From: Deferrisomatales bacterium
GTDB lineage: Bacteria; Desulfobacterota; Deferrisomatia; Deferrisomatales; JACRMM01
NCBI GenBank assembly: GCA_033551855.1
Contig: JAWSUI010000001.1
Span: 128,001 to 192,000 of the forward strand
Length of the DNA: 64,000 nt
Direction of reading: 5' to 3'
Below, in pieces: positions 9,513 to 19,373 of this stretch (the first letter of the stretch is position 1; each line of letters opens with the position of its first letter). The notes under the pieces are model-generated. The model was not told the DNA's origin. It saw only the letters and a program-made list of their open reading frames with translations, and searched no databases. A program made the position numbers and the translations under genes.

Positions 9513-9694
9513 GGATTCCTCTCAGAGCCTGTGACCCAATGTGCTGCGCGACCGGATTGCTTCGTTGCGCACGCGTGCACTCCTAAGCCGATCTGTTTGA
9601 GCGCTCTCGTCGGTCGCTCCAGCGCGCGGTGCACGCCGGTCTGCTCACGACGATTCCGTCACCGGCGCCTCGCGCGGGAGCACGGAGGAAGCGT

Positions 9695-12600
9695 TCAGCG
9701 CGCCGGGGCTGCCGGCGCCAGGCGGCCCAGGCGCGCTTGGGCCGCCCGGACCGGCTCTCCCTGGGCCTCGGCGGCCACCTTCTCGTAGAGGGCCCGCGCG
9801 CGGTCCGGATCCCCCTGCCCCTCGAGGAGTCCGCCCGCCCGCAGCAAGGCCCGCGCCGCAGCTTCGTCGGTAAGGGAATACAGATACCCGATCCGAAGGT
9901 AGGTTTCCAGGGCTTCCTGGCCCTTTCCCACGGCTTCCTCGGCGCTTCCCAGCGCCAGGAAGGCCCGCAGGCCGTCGGGGCTGAGGCCCATCCCCGCCGC
10001 CTCCGTCAGCGGCGCCAGGGCGCGGTCCGGTGCCCCGGCCCGGAGTCGGAGCTCGCCGAGGTCTGCCAGAACCCCCTGTCGGAGCAGCCGGGCCTGAGGA
10101 GGGCAGGTTCCCAGGGCGGCCGCGAGGCGTTCCTCGGAGCCGGCCCAGTCCTCGAGGTCGCGTGAGGCGGCGGCCGCGCTGCGCAGGGCCCGGCAGCGAT
10201 CCTCGCCGGCCGAACGCCGGCCCAGGGCGTCCCACGTGTCCCGGGCTGCCTCCGGGGGCCCCATCCGGTCGAGGACGCGGGCGAGCTCCCACAGGGCTGC
10301 CGCGCCGACGGGCCCCTCTTCCTCGGACACCTGCGAGAGGATTTCCGTGGCCTCCTCTGTGCGACCGGCCTCCAGAAGGCTCCGGGCGCCCTCCAACTGG
10401 GCCTGCGACGCTCGTGCGGCTGTCGGTGTGAGCTCAGCGGCCCGGCCGTAGGCGGCGGCGGCGGCCTCGGGCTCACCGCGCTCGGCGAGGGCCCGGGCCA
10501 ACAGGAGGAAGAGGTCTGCCGCCCGGGGGTCATCGCCGTGGCGAGAGGCGAAGCGCTCGGCAGCCCCGGCGAGGTCTTCGATGCGGCCGAGCCTCACCAG
10601 GGAGAGGGCCTGACCGTAAGACCCCTCCGGGGTGTCGCCCAGGGCAACGTAGCCCTCCAGGGCCTCGGCGTAGCGGCCGAGGTTGTACAGGCTGTCCGCG
10701 CGCTTGCGGCCTGCCTCTTCCGTGCCGGGCCCATCGGGCTCCAGGAGGAGGGCGGCCTCGAAGCGGGGTAGGGCCCGGTCGAAATGCCCCGCCGCAAAGT
10801 CCAGCCACCCCAGCGCCTGGTGGGCACGGGAGGCGAAGGGGCCCTGCGGGGCGTCTTCGAGCAGGCGGTAGAGGACGGTGCGCCCTTCCGCTTCCCGGTC
10901 GCCGCGGGCCAACATCCAGCCGCGATAGTAGCGGACTGCGTGCCGATGGGTCTCGTCCTGGGTCTCCGCCTCCAGGCGGTCCAGAGCTTCGAGGGCGGCC
11001 CGCAGCTCCCGTCGGTTGAAATGGGCGCGCGCTTCGTTCAGCAAAGCCTCGTCCCGGTTGGGATCGGTCGGGTAGGCCCGGGCGAAGCGACCAAAGAGGT
11101 CGGCGGCCTCGTCCCAACGCGCGTCCTGGAAGGCGAGCCATGCACGCCCCTGGAGGGCTTGGGGGTACGCCGCGCTCCCCTCCGGAACGGCGCGGAAGGC
11201 GCGCAGGGCCTGATCCCGCAGGCCCTGGCGCAGTCGGGCTTCCCCCAGCCAGGCCCACACCCGGTCCGCCTCGGCATAGTTGGGTGCTCGGCGCAGCGTT
11301 TCCTCGAACAGGGCGGCGGCCTCCGCCGGGCGGCCCGCGAGGAGCGCGCACAGGCCCCCGCGGTGCAGCGCGGGCGGGCCGAGGTCGGTCTCGGGGGGTA
11401 CCGCTCGGTAGGCAGCGCCCGCCTCCTCGTAGCGCTCGAGCTGGTAGAGGCTCTCGGCGATCATGAACCGTGGGATCGAGTCCTTCGGTGCGTCCCAGGC
11501 GCGCAGCGCAGAGCGGTAACGGGAGAGTGCTTCCTCGTACTCCCGCTGCCGGAAGGCGAGCCAACCCAGATCGGCTCGGGCCCACCCCACCCACGGCCCC
11601 TCGGGAGCCCTTGCCTCGAGCGCCCGCAGCGCCTCGGGAGCCTGGTGGTCCTCGGCGTCCACCAGGGCGCGGACCCTGCCGTAGAGGGCCGGGCCGAGGA
11701 GCTCCGGGGGGGGGTCGGATTCCAGGAGGGGCGAGAACCGCCGGTCGGCTTCCCGGGGCCTCCCCTGATCGAGGAGGGCCCACCCGAGGGCCACCCGGGC
11801 CGCCGGTGCGGAGGGGTGGTCCGGACTCTCCAGCAGGAACCGGAGGAGCACGGTCTCGGCGCCGGAGTGGTCCCCGGAGCCCTGCCGGGCGAGCCCCAGA
11901 GCCACGAGGCCTGCCGCCCGGACCTCCCGCGGGACCGAGTCGCCTCGTTCACCCAGGTCCCTTAGCGGCTGCAGGTAGTCCAGGGCTTCTTGGGGGTCCC
12001 CCGCGGCAAGGCGGTCGGCTCCGAGACGGTACAGGGCCTCGGGGCGGTGGATGCCGGCAGGGTCGCCGGCCAGGGACTCCCAGATGGGCCGAGCCTCCTC
12101 GGCTCGACCGAGGTCGGAGAGAAGCCAGGCGAGCCGGTAGGCGGCTTCCGGGGCGTAGTCTCCCTGGACCAGACGCAGAAATGCCGCCGCCTCCTCCGTC
12201 CGGCCCTGGCGCCGGCGGACCTCCGCGAGCCAGAAAGCGGCGTCGTCGGCTCGGGGATGCCGGGGGTGGTCCGCCCGGAGCTGGGCCAAGTAGGCTGCCG
12301 CTTCGTCGAGGACGTCTCGAGAGAGACGCTCCATCGCGGTCTTGTACAGCGCCTCGGCGCCGCCGGTCGCACGGGCCAGGGCGCCGCCGACAGGGTTTCT
12401 GTACGCACACCCCGGCGACCGAACTGCCGGCGCAGCCCCGAGGGCCGGGGAAGGGAGCACCTCGGGCGGCGGCTCCCATCGGACCGAAGCCTGGGCCAGG
12501 CGGGGCGCCTCGAGGGGGAGGAACCCGGCCCGCTGGGCGTCCAGGCGCACCTGGTCGATGCCGCGAACCACCACCTCCGGCAACTCGAGGCCCTCGGGGT

Positions 12601-12697
12601 TCGGCGCAATGCCAAGGGCCAGAGGGGCGCCGAGGGCGAGCGCGGCGCACCCGAGAAGGGCCCGGGCCAGGGGACGGGGAAGAGGGGCCAAGCGCAC
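9695..12697 (-). CDS. Large exported tetratricopeptide repeat protein
   Basis: Signal peptide after GTG 12697 (RBS caggagg); many TPR-like repeats such as ALYRLG, AWLGEA and ADSLYNLG. Confidence 0.8.
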   Translation of the reverse strand: MRLAPLPRPLARALLGCAALALGAPLALGIAPNPEGLELPEVVVRGIDQVRLDAQRAGFLPLEAPRLAQASVRWEPPPEVLPSPALGAAPAVRSPGCAYRNPVGGALARATGGAEALYKTAMERLSRDVLDEAAAYLAQLRADHPRHPRADDAAFWLAEVRRRQGRTEEAAAFLRLVQGDYAPEAAYRLAWLLSDLGRAEEARPIWESLAGDPAGIHRPEALYRLGADRLAAGDPQEALDYLQPLRDLGERGDSVPREVRAAGLVALGLARQGSGDHSGAETVLLRFLLESPDHPSAPAARVALGWALLDQGRPREADRRFSPLLESDPPPELLGPALYGRVRALVDAEDHQAPEALRALEARAPEGPWVGWARADLGWLAFRQREYEEALSRYRSALRAWDAPKDSIPRFMIAESLYQLERYEEAGAAYRAVPPETDLGPPALHRGGLCALLAGRPAEAAALFEETLRRAPNYAEADRVWAWLGEARLRQGLRDQALRAFRAVPEGSAAYPQALQGRAWLAFQDARWDEAADLFGRFARAYPTDPNRDEALLNEARAHFNRRELRAALEALDRLEAETQDETHRHAVRYYRGWMLARGDREAEGRTVLYRLLEDAPQGPFASRAHQALGWLDFAAGHFDRALPRFEAALLLEPDGPGTEEAGRKRADSLYNLGRYAEALEGYVALGDTPEGSYGQALSLVRLGRIEDLAGAAERFASRHGDDPRAADLFLLLARALAERGEPEAAAAAYGRAAELTPTAARASQAQLEGARSLLEAGRTEEATEILSQVSEEEGPVGAAALWELARVLDRMGPPEAARDTWDALGRRSAGEDRCRALRSAAAASRDLEDWAGSEERLAAALGTCPPQARLLRQGVLADLGELRLRAGAPDRALAPLTEAAGMGLSPDGLRAFLALGSAEEAVGKGQEALETYLRIGYLYSLTDEAAARALLRAGGLLEGQGDPDRARALYEKVAAEAQGEPVRAAQARLGRLAPAAPAR

Positions 12698-12918
12698 GGG
12701 CGCCTCCTGTTCGGGGAAGGGGGCGGGCCGCAGCCGGTCGGCACGGAGAAGGGAACGCCCCAGCGGGAGGGTGCAGTATAACACCGGTGCCGCGGGGACT
12801 GTACCCGGCAGGCGTTCCGTGCCCCGTCGTCCCCGCCGAGCTCGTCACAGGACGGACGCACGGGTGTCGGAGCTCTGAGCGCAGCCGGACGGAGAGGAGA
12901 GGTCAGAAGGACCGTTCG

Positions 12919-14064
12919 TCAGGGCGGCTCCGCGTGCACCCGATCGAGGAACTCAGAGATCCGGTGGGCGTAGTGGTCGACTTCGACCAGGAAGGCGTCG
13001 TGGCCGTAGTCGCTCTCGACGGACACGTGCTCCACGTCCTTGCCCAGGCGCCGGAGGACCCCTTCCATGACCCGGGAGTCCTCGGGGGGGTAGAGCCAGT
13101 CGGAGGTGAAGGTCACGAAGCGCACCCGGGCCCGAATCTGCGAGAGCGCCTCCTCCATGCCTCCGGCGAAGCCGTCCCCCAAGTCGAAGGTGTCGAGGGC
13201 CTTGGTGAGGTAGAGGTAGCTGTTCGCGTCGAATCGGTCGGGGAACTTGTATCCATTATAATGGAGGTAGCGCTCCACGTCGTACTGGGCGGTGAAGGCG
13301 TAGATCCCCTCGCGGCCCGAGATCCGCCGCCCGAACTTCCTGCGCATGGAGGCATCGCTCATGAAGGTGAGGTGGCCGATCATCCGCGCTATGGCGAGCC
13401 CGTCCCGAGGGGGCTCGCCGCCATAGTACTCCCCCCCCTTCCAGTTGGGGTCGGTCATGATGGCGCGCCGCCCGATCTTGTTGAAACCGATGCACAGTGG
13501 CGACGAGGCGCCGGTGGTGGAGATCGGGATGACGGAGCGGACCCGATCCGGATGCCGGACCGCCCACTCCAGCGCCTGCATTCCTCCCATCGAGCCGCCG
13601 ATGGCGCAAAGGAGGCGCTCGATGCCCAAGAGGTCAAGCACCCGAGCCTGGACGCGGACCATATCCCGCACAGTGATGATCGGGAACTTCATCCCGTAGG
13701 GCTTGCCCGTGCGGGGGTTTGTGCTCGCGGGCCCCGTCGTGCCCTGGCAACCCCCCAGCACGTTGACGCAGACGACGAAGTACCGGTCCGTGTCGATGCC
13801 GCGCCCCGGGCCGATCATGGGATCCCACCAGCCAGGGCGCCGGTCGTCCGGCCCGAGAATTCCGGCAGCGTGGGCGTCCCCTGACAGGGCGTGACAGACC
13901 AGCACCGCGTTGTCCGCGGAAGGCGAGAGCCGGCCGTACGTCTCGAAGCAGACGTCTATCGGACCCAGGATGCGGCCGCTTTGGAGGTGGAGCTCACCGG
14001 GGGGCTCGCACACCGCCACCTGGCGCGGGGCAACGAGCCCCACACCGCTGTCGGACAGCGTCAC
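12919..14064 (-). CDS. metX: Homoserine O-acetyltransferase
   Basis: CHALSGD, GGSMGG nucleophile elbow, DANSYL and GHDAFL. Confidence 0.95.
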   Translation of the reverse strand: MTLSDSGVGLVAPRQVAVCEPPGELHLQSGRILGPIDVCFETYGRLSPSADNAVLVCHALSGDAHAAGILGPDDRRPGWWDPMIGPGRGIDTDRYFVVCVNVLGGCQGTTGPASTNPRTGKPYGMKFPIITVRDMVRVQARVLDLLGIERLLCAIGGSMGGMQALEWAVRHPDRVRSVIPISTTGASSPLCIGFNKIGRRAIMTDPNWKGGEYYGGEPPRDGLAIARMIGHLTFMSDASMRRKFGRRISGREGIYAFTAQYDVERYLHYNGYKFPDRFDANSYLYLTKALDTFDLGDGFAGGMEEALSQIRARVRFVTFTSDWLYPPEDSRVMEGVLRRLGKDVEHVSVESDYGHDAFLVEVDHYAHRISEFLDRVHAEPP

Positions 14065-14136
14065 ACGCGACTCCTCGGAAGGGCGGCGTCGGGAGGTGTG
14101 CCGGTGCGGCGAGGGGCCGCCGGCAGGAGGCCGACC

Positions 14137-14242
14137 TTCTCATCTCTCGGGGCAGGACGCCCCGCAGGAATTAGCACCTTGCCCGGGGGGCCGGTTGCTG
14201 TGGCTTCGCAGGGCCTGGTCCCTCCGCCACTCTCGATAAGAA
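14137..14242 (-). ncRNA. SAM-I riboswitch
   Basis: Minus strand reads CTTATCGAGAGTGGCGGAGGGACCAGGCCC..GAAGCCACAGCAACC..GGTGCTAATTCC..GAGAGATGAG upstream of metX. Confidence 0.92.
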
Positions 14243-14273
14243 GCGCTTTCCGGCGTTGTCGACCGGAATAGTG

Positions 14274-14302
14274 TTTATAGCACCGCGGAACGGGGGCGTC
14301 AA
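14274..14302 (-). promoter_or_regulatory. Sigma70 promoter for riboswitch-metX
   Basis: TTGACG-N17-TATAAA with extended TG on the minus strand. Confidence 0.7.
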
Positions 14303-14581
14303 ACCCCTGTTTTTTGGATCATCCGGGAAATGGCCGGGTAGTCGTGTCCAGGGACGATCGGGTGGGCCCGACCACGTAGGCGGACGGCCGCTCGACGGGA
14401 GCAGCCGCTTCGGGAGTCGCGATGCCGCGAGGATTCCGGACGCGGCGGGGGAGAACACCTACCGTGCAGCCCGGCCTCGTCTGCCGGAGTGGGCGGGCCC
14501 GCCCGGTCGTCTGCCGGAAGAACCTGTTTTTCCCTCGGATCCGCCGTTTCCGTGTGGAGCCGGGCAGGGGAGGAACGGCTC

Positions 14582-15049
14582 TCAGTCCTGGCAGTCGGCG
14601 CAGAGCCCGTACAGCTCGAGGCGATGATACGTCACCCGAAAGCCGCGGCGGCCCGCGATGTCCTGCTGCAGCTTCTCGATGGTAGGGTCTTCGAACTCCT
14701 GGATGCCGCCGCAGGCGAGGCACACCAGGTGGTCGTGGTGGCCGACGTCCATCCCGGCCTCGTAGCGGACCCGCCCCTCGTGGAAGCGCCTCTCTTTTGC
14801 GATCCCGGCTTCCACGAAGAGGCTCATGCTCCGGTAGACGGTGGCGTGTCCGATGGAGGGATTCGTCCTCCGGATGCGCCCGCACAGCTCGTCCACGCTC
14901 ACGTGGGCGCCTTCCCGAAGGAAGGTGTCGAGAACGACATCCCTCTGGCGAGTCGCCCGCAGCCCCTTCTGCTTCAGGTAGGCCGCCAGCCGCGCGCGTG
15001 CGTCCGCCACCCGCTGGGACGAAGCATCCTCAACCTTGCGTCGCGCCAT
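14582..15049 (-). CDS. fur: Fur family transcriptional regulator
   Basis: TRQR, ATVYR, HHDHLVCLACG and CADC. Confidence 0.92.
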   Translation of the reverse strand: MARRKVEDASSQRVADARARLAAYLKQKGLRATRQRDVVLDTFLREGAHVSVDELCGRIRRTNPSIGHATVYRSMSLFVEAGIAKERRFHEGRVRYEAGMDVGHHDHLVCLACGGIQEFEDPTIEKLQQDIAGRRGFRVTYHRLELYGLCADCQD

Positions 15050-15704
15050 GGCTTGCCTCCGCCAGGTCCGCCTTCACGGCCGCGACCAGCTCGGTGCCGA
15101 GGTTTCGGGCCTCTTCCAGGGCTTCCGGGCGCCGGAGGATCGCCCCTTTCTCGTCCACCTCCCGGCACGTCACGGTCCGCCACGGTGCGGCGTCCAGGGT
15201 GTCGAGGAAGTAGCGGAAGGTCAGGAGAGGACCGTCGAAGATCTTCGCTCCCGCGGAGCCCCCGACGCTGAGGAAGACCCCCTTGCGAACGGCGAGCGGG
15301 GTCCGGTTGGCGCTCTTGCCGCGCAGGTACTTGAGGGACCAGAAGGCTTGGCAGCGATCGATGAACGCCTTTGTGTGGGCGCTCACGGAATAGAACATGA
15401 CCGGGCTCGCGAGGGCGATGGCGTGGGTGTCCCGCAGCGCCTCATACAGGCTCTGCATGTCATCCCGGAGGGCGCAGCGCCCCTCCTCTTTGCAGGCGTA
15501 GATCTCGCGGCACGGGGAGATCTTCAGGTCTCGCAGGTAGACGCGCTCGGCAACGCCGCCGCCCTCCTCCACGCCCTGGGCAAACGCGTCGAGGAGCAGG
15601 TCGGTGTTTCCGCGGATGCGCGGGCTGCCGTAGAGGCACAGCACCCGCACCGTGGCGCCGGTGGGCTCGTTTGACAGTGTGGCCGGGCGGTCGCTAGAAT
15701 CCAT
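15030..15704 (-). CDS. Flavodoxin-like / iron-sulfur flavoprotein (FMN reductase family)
   Basis: GSPR..GNT, PCREIYAC..C..DDM, ASPV and KAFIDRCQ; start uncertain (15704 or 15650). Confidence 0.85.
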   Translation of the reverse strand: MDSSDRPATLSNEPTGATVRVLCLYGSPRIRGNTDLLLDAFAQGVEEGGGVAERVYLRDLKISPCREIYACKEEGRCALRDDMQSLYEALRDTHAIALASPVMFYSVSAHTKAFIDRCQAFWSLKYLRGKSANRTPLAVRKGVFLSVGGSAGAKIFDGPLLTFRYFLDTLDAAPWRTVTCREVDEKGAILRRPEALEEARNLGTELVAAVKADLAEASHGATQG

Positions 15705-15764
15705 CAGGCTCTGTTTTTTGGCGACTCCAGGCCCTTGGGGGGCTCCGGGACGAAGGAGATGGCG

Positions 15765-16241
15765 ATGAGCGTTCGAGAGGCTGCCGTCGTCGCGCTGGGC
15801 GACGCCGTGAAATTCGAATCGGACGGCCGGGATTTCTACCTTCGAGCCGCGGAGCAGGCCGAAGAACCGGCGGCCAGAGCCGTCTTTCTCGCCCTGGCCG
15901 AGGACGAGAAGGACCACGTGGGAAGGGTACGGGAGATCTACGAAGAACTCAAGGACAAGCCCGGCTGGCCGGATGTCTCCTCCATGGTGACCCGGCGCTC
16001 TGGAGTTCTCGATGCTTTCGAGGCGGCATCCGCCCGCCTGTCGGGGGCAGCCTCGGAGCACGCGACGGTCCGTCAGGCGCTGGCTACGGCGCGGGACATG
16101 GAGAAGAAGGGCCTCGCCTTTTACCGAGACCGGGCGTCCCGCGCGACGTGCGAGGCCGAGGCGGAGTTCTATCGGCGTCTCGCCGACGAGGAGCAGATCC
16201 ACCTCACGGCGGTCGAGGGGCTGTTGTCTGCGCTGGGCTGA
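15765..16241 (+). CDS. Ferritin/rubrerythrin-like diiron protein
   Basis: E..G..FY, LAEDEKDH and LADEEQIH paired motifs; RBS aaggag. Confidence 0.85.
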   Translation: MSVREAAVVALGDAVKFESDGRDFYLRAAEQAEEPAARAVFLALAEDEKDHVGRVREIYEELKDKPGWPDVSSMVTRRSGVLDAFEAASARLSGAASEHATVRQALATARDMEKKGLAFYRDRASRATCEAEAEFYRRLADEEQIHLTAVEGLLSALG

Positions 16242-16248
16242 TCCGTCG

Positions 16249-17163
16249 GTGCGATCCCCGTTGGTTGGGCCGGAGGACCGACTCGGCCCCGGGCTCCATA
16301 CCCTTGGCCCCGGTGTCTGGATCACCTCGGGGCGGTCCGTTGTCCTGGAGGGGGCGGACCACCTCGCCTTGGTGGATCCGGGGGACGAGCCCTTCGGGAA
16401 CCCCGCCGCGCCGACCGGGCCGCTGGCGGAGCTGCGCCGCCTGGAGCGGGAGACGGGCAAGGTCCTCTCCTGGATCCTCGTCACCCACTCCCATCCCGAT
16501 CACGTCGCCAATCTCTCGGTGCTGCGAGCCGCGGCACCCGATGCACGGGTCGTGGCCCACCGCGGCGGCCCCCTGGAGGCGGATCTGTCCGTGGGCCGGC
16601 GGGTGTGGCTCGAGCTGGGGGGCGGGGTCGAGGCAATCCCCACCCCTGGACACAGCGCCGCCGGAGATGACCTCTCGTTCTGGCGCCCCGAGGGAGCGCT
16701 CCTGCTCCCGGGCGATCTCGTGCAGCCCAAGGGGGAGACCTGGGGCGCCGCCTTCTACCCCAGCCCGTGGCCGTACTTCACCGAACCGGCGCCCTATCTG
16801 CGCAGCCTCGAGGGTCTCTCCCGACTGCCCTTCTCGGTTTTGGCCACCGGCCACCGGGAGGTGCGGTTCGAAGCGCAGGCCCGCGCGTGGCTGGAGCTCA
16901 CCGCGCGGGCCATCCGGAGAGTGGGGGAAGAGGTGGCCCGGTGGCGCGGTGCCGATGACCTGGCGGCGGCCGGGCCCGCCATCTTTCGTCTCCTCGCCGA
17001 AGAGCGGGGAATCCCCGCGTCCGAGGTGGCCCGTCGGCTGGCCGTGGACGGGCAGGGCACCTCGCCCTTTCAGCGCTTCGACCTGCCGGGGGTCACGGGG
17101 TACTGGGCGCGAAGGTGCAGGAGGGCTCGGGGAGACGCGGAGGACGGGCTCCCCGGCCCGTGA
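16249..17163 (+). CDS. MBL-fold metallo-hydrolase
   Basis: THSHPDH, TPGHS, GDL and TGH. Confidence 0.82.
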   Translation: MRSPLVGPEDRLGPGLHTLGPGVWITSGRSVVLEGADHLALVDPGDEPFGNPAAPTGPLAELRRLERETGKVLSWILVTHSHPDHVANLSVLRAAAPDARVVAHRGGPLEADLSVGRRVWLELGGGVEAIPTPGHSAAGDDLSFWRPEGALLLPGDLVQPKGETWGAAFYPSPWPYFTEPAPYLRSLEGLSRLPFSVLATGHREVRFEAQARAWLELTARAIRRVGEEVARWRGADDLAAAGPAIFRLLAEERGIPASEVARRLAVDGQGTSPFQRFDLPGVTGYWARRCRRARGDAEDGLPGP

Positions 17164-17205
17164 CCGCCGTGAGGAGAGGGGCCGGCCGGGCCGGGAACGA
17201 CGACT

Positions 17206-17234
17206 TTGACACCCCCCCCGACGCTTGCTAGATT
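17206..17234 (+). promoter_or_regulatory. Sigma70 promoter of nifU-nifS
   Basis: TTGACA-N17-TAGATT. Confidence 0.65.
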
Positions 17235-17287
17235 CCAGCGGCTATCTTGGACGCCTTGCGGCGATCGCGCTGCGGAGGGATGCCCCG

Positions 17288-18130
17288 ATGTGGGATTACA
17301 CGGATAAGGTCAAGGATCACTTCCTGAACCCGCGCAACGCGGGGAAGATGGCGGACGCGGACGCCGTGGGTGAAGTGGGGAGCCTCGCGTGCGGGGACGC
17401 CCTGCGGTTGTATCTCAAGGTTGCGGACGACCGGATCGTCGATGCCTCGTTCCAGACCTTCGGGTGCGGGAGCGCGATCGCTTCCAGCTCGGCCCTCACG
17501 GAGATGGTCAAGGGCAAGACCCTGGATGAGGCCCTCCGGGTGACGAACCGCGACATTGCGGACTTTCTGGGGGGCCTGCCCAAGGAGAAGATGCATTGCT
17601 CGGTCATGGGACGTGAGGCCCTGGAGGCAGCGATCAACAGCTACCGGGGGATCGAGATTTCGAAGCACGAGCTCGAAGGCGAGGTGGTGTGTGAGTGCTT
17701 CGGGGTGACGGATGCGCAGATTCGGCGGGCCATCGAGGAGAACGACCTCAAGAGCGTCGAGGACGTTACGCACTACACCAAGGCCGGCGGGGGATGCGAG
17801 CGGTGCCTGCCGGACATCGAGCGCATACTGGCGGAGGAGCGGGGAGCCCGGGAGGCGAGACCTGTCCCTGAGGGGGCGGCCCCGAGGAAGCTCACCAACA
17901 TCCAGCGCATTCAGTTGGTGCAGAAGGTGATCGACGAGGAAATCCGGCCGAGCCTGCAGGCTGACGGGGGCGACCTGGAACTCGTGGACGTCGACGGCGG
18001 CACGGTGTACGTGAGCCTGCGGGGCACGTGCACCCATTGCCCGTCCAGCCAGCTGACCCTCAAGGGAGGGGTGGAAGCGCGGCTCCGGGAGATCGTCGAT
18101 CCCGACCTCCAGGTAGTGGAGGTGCAGTGA
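17288..18130 (+). CDS. nifU: Fe-S cluster assembly scaffold NifU (three-domain)
   Basis: [35 protein letters not shown] and DGGD..CTHC. Confidence 0.95.
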   Translation: MWDYTDKVKDHFLNPRNAGKMADADAVGEVGSLACGDALRLYLKVADDRIVDASFQTFGCGSAIASSSALTEMVKGKTLDEALRVTNRDIADFLGGLPKEKMHCSVMGREALEAAINSYRGIEISKHELEGEVVCECFGVTDAQIRRAIEENDLKSVEDVTHYTKAGGGCERCLPDIERILAEERGAREARPVPEGAAPRKLTNIQRIQLVQKVIDEEIRPSLQADGGDLELVDVDGGTVYVSLRGTCTHCPSSQLTLKGGVEARLREIVDPDLQVVEVQ

Positions 18131-19314
18131 TGGAGACGGTCTACCTGGACAACAACGCCACGACGCGGGTGGACCCCGTGGTCTTCGAGGAGATGCGCCC
18201 GTACTTCTGCGAGCGGTACGGGAACCCCTCGAGCATGCACTCCTTCGGCGGCCACGTGGGGGTGAAGATCGCGGAGGCCCGGGAGCGGGTGGCAGAGCTC
18301 CTCGGCTGCGACCCCCCTGAGATCTTGTTCACTTCCTGCGGGACCGAAGGCGACAGCACGGCTATCCGCTCCGCTTTGGAGGCGCAGCCGGAGAAGCGGC
18401 ACCTCGTGACCACCAAGGTCGAGCACCCGGCGGTGCTGAACCTGGCCAACCACCTGGTCAAGAAGGGTTACCACCTGACCCTTCTCGGGGTGGACGGTGA
18501 CGGGAGGATCGACCTCGAGGAGCTTCGCAGCAGTCTGCGGGACGACACGGCCCTGGTGTCTCTCATGTACGCGAACAACGAGACCGGCACCGTGTTTCCC
18601 TTGCAGCAGGCGGCCGAGATCGTGAAGAGCCGCGGGATCCTCCTCCACACCGACGCCGTGCAGGCCGTGGGGAAGCTGGCCGTGGACCTGCGGACCCTGC
18701 CGGTGGACTTCCTGGTGCTGTCGGGTCACAAGCTCCATGCCCCGAAGGGGGTCGGAGCGCTCTACGTGCGCCGCCGGACGCCGTTTCGGCCGTTTCTCGT
18801 CGGCGGCCACCAGGAGAGAGGCCGTCGGGGAGGCACGGAGAATGCCCCGGGCATCATCGGCCTAGGCAAGGCCTGCGAGCTCGCGGGCGCGAACCTGGCG
18901 GAGGAGAGCGGGCGGGTGAGGGGTCTGCGGGATCGCTTGGAGAAGGGGCTCCTCGAGGCGATCCCCGATGCCCGACGCAACGGCGATCCCATGGAGCGGC
19001 TTCCGAACACTACCAGTCTGGCGTTCAAGTTCGTCGAAGGCGAGGCGATCCTGCTGCTCCTGGATCAGCTGGGCATCTGTGCCAGCTCGGGCTCCGCTTG
19101 CACCTCGGGGAGCCTGGAGCCTTCCCACGTGCTGCGCGCCATGGGGGTACCGTTCACCTATGCCCACGGGTCGATCCGGTTCAGCTTGAGCCGCTTCTCC
19201 ACCGAGGCGGAGGTGGACTTCGTGGTCAGGGAGATGCCGGGAATCATCCAGCGGCTGCGGGCGATATCCCCCTTTCAGGAGGGGGATCAGCCCACGGCCG
19301 CCGGCACCTGCTGA
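18130..19314 (+). CDS. nifS: Cysteine desulfurase NifS
   Basis: YLDNNATT, SGHK and SSGSACTS. Confidence 0.95.
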   Translation: METVYLDNNATTRVDPVVFEEMRPYFCERYGNPSSMHSFGGHVGVKIAEARERVAELLGCDPPEILFTSCGTEGDSTAIRSALEAQPEKRHLVTTKVEHPAVLNLANHLVKKGYHLTLLGVDGDGRIDLEELRSSLRDDTALVSLMYANNETGTVFPLQQAAEIVKSRGILLHTDAVQAVGKLAVDLRTLPVDFLVLSGHKLHAPKGVGALYVRRRTPFRPFLVGGHQERGRRGGTENAPGIIGLGKACELAGANLAEESGRVRGLRDRLEKGLLEAIPDARRNGDPMERLPNTTSLAFKFVEGEAILLLLDQLGICASSGSACTSGSLEPSHVLRAMGVPFTYAHGSIRFSLSRFSTEAEVDFVVREMPGIIQRLRAISPFQEGDQPTAAGTC

Positions 19315-19373
19315 CAGCGGCGTCCGGGGGGCGGGGAAGGTCCTCGGGCGCGCCCACGGGCTCTGAGGGCACG

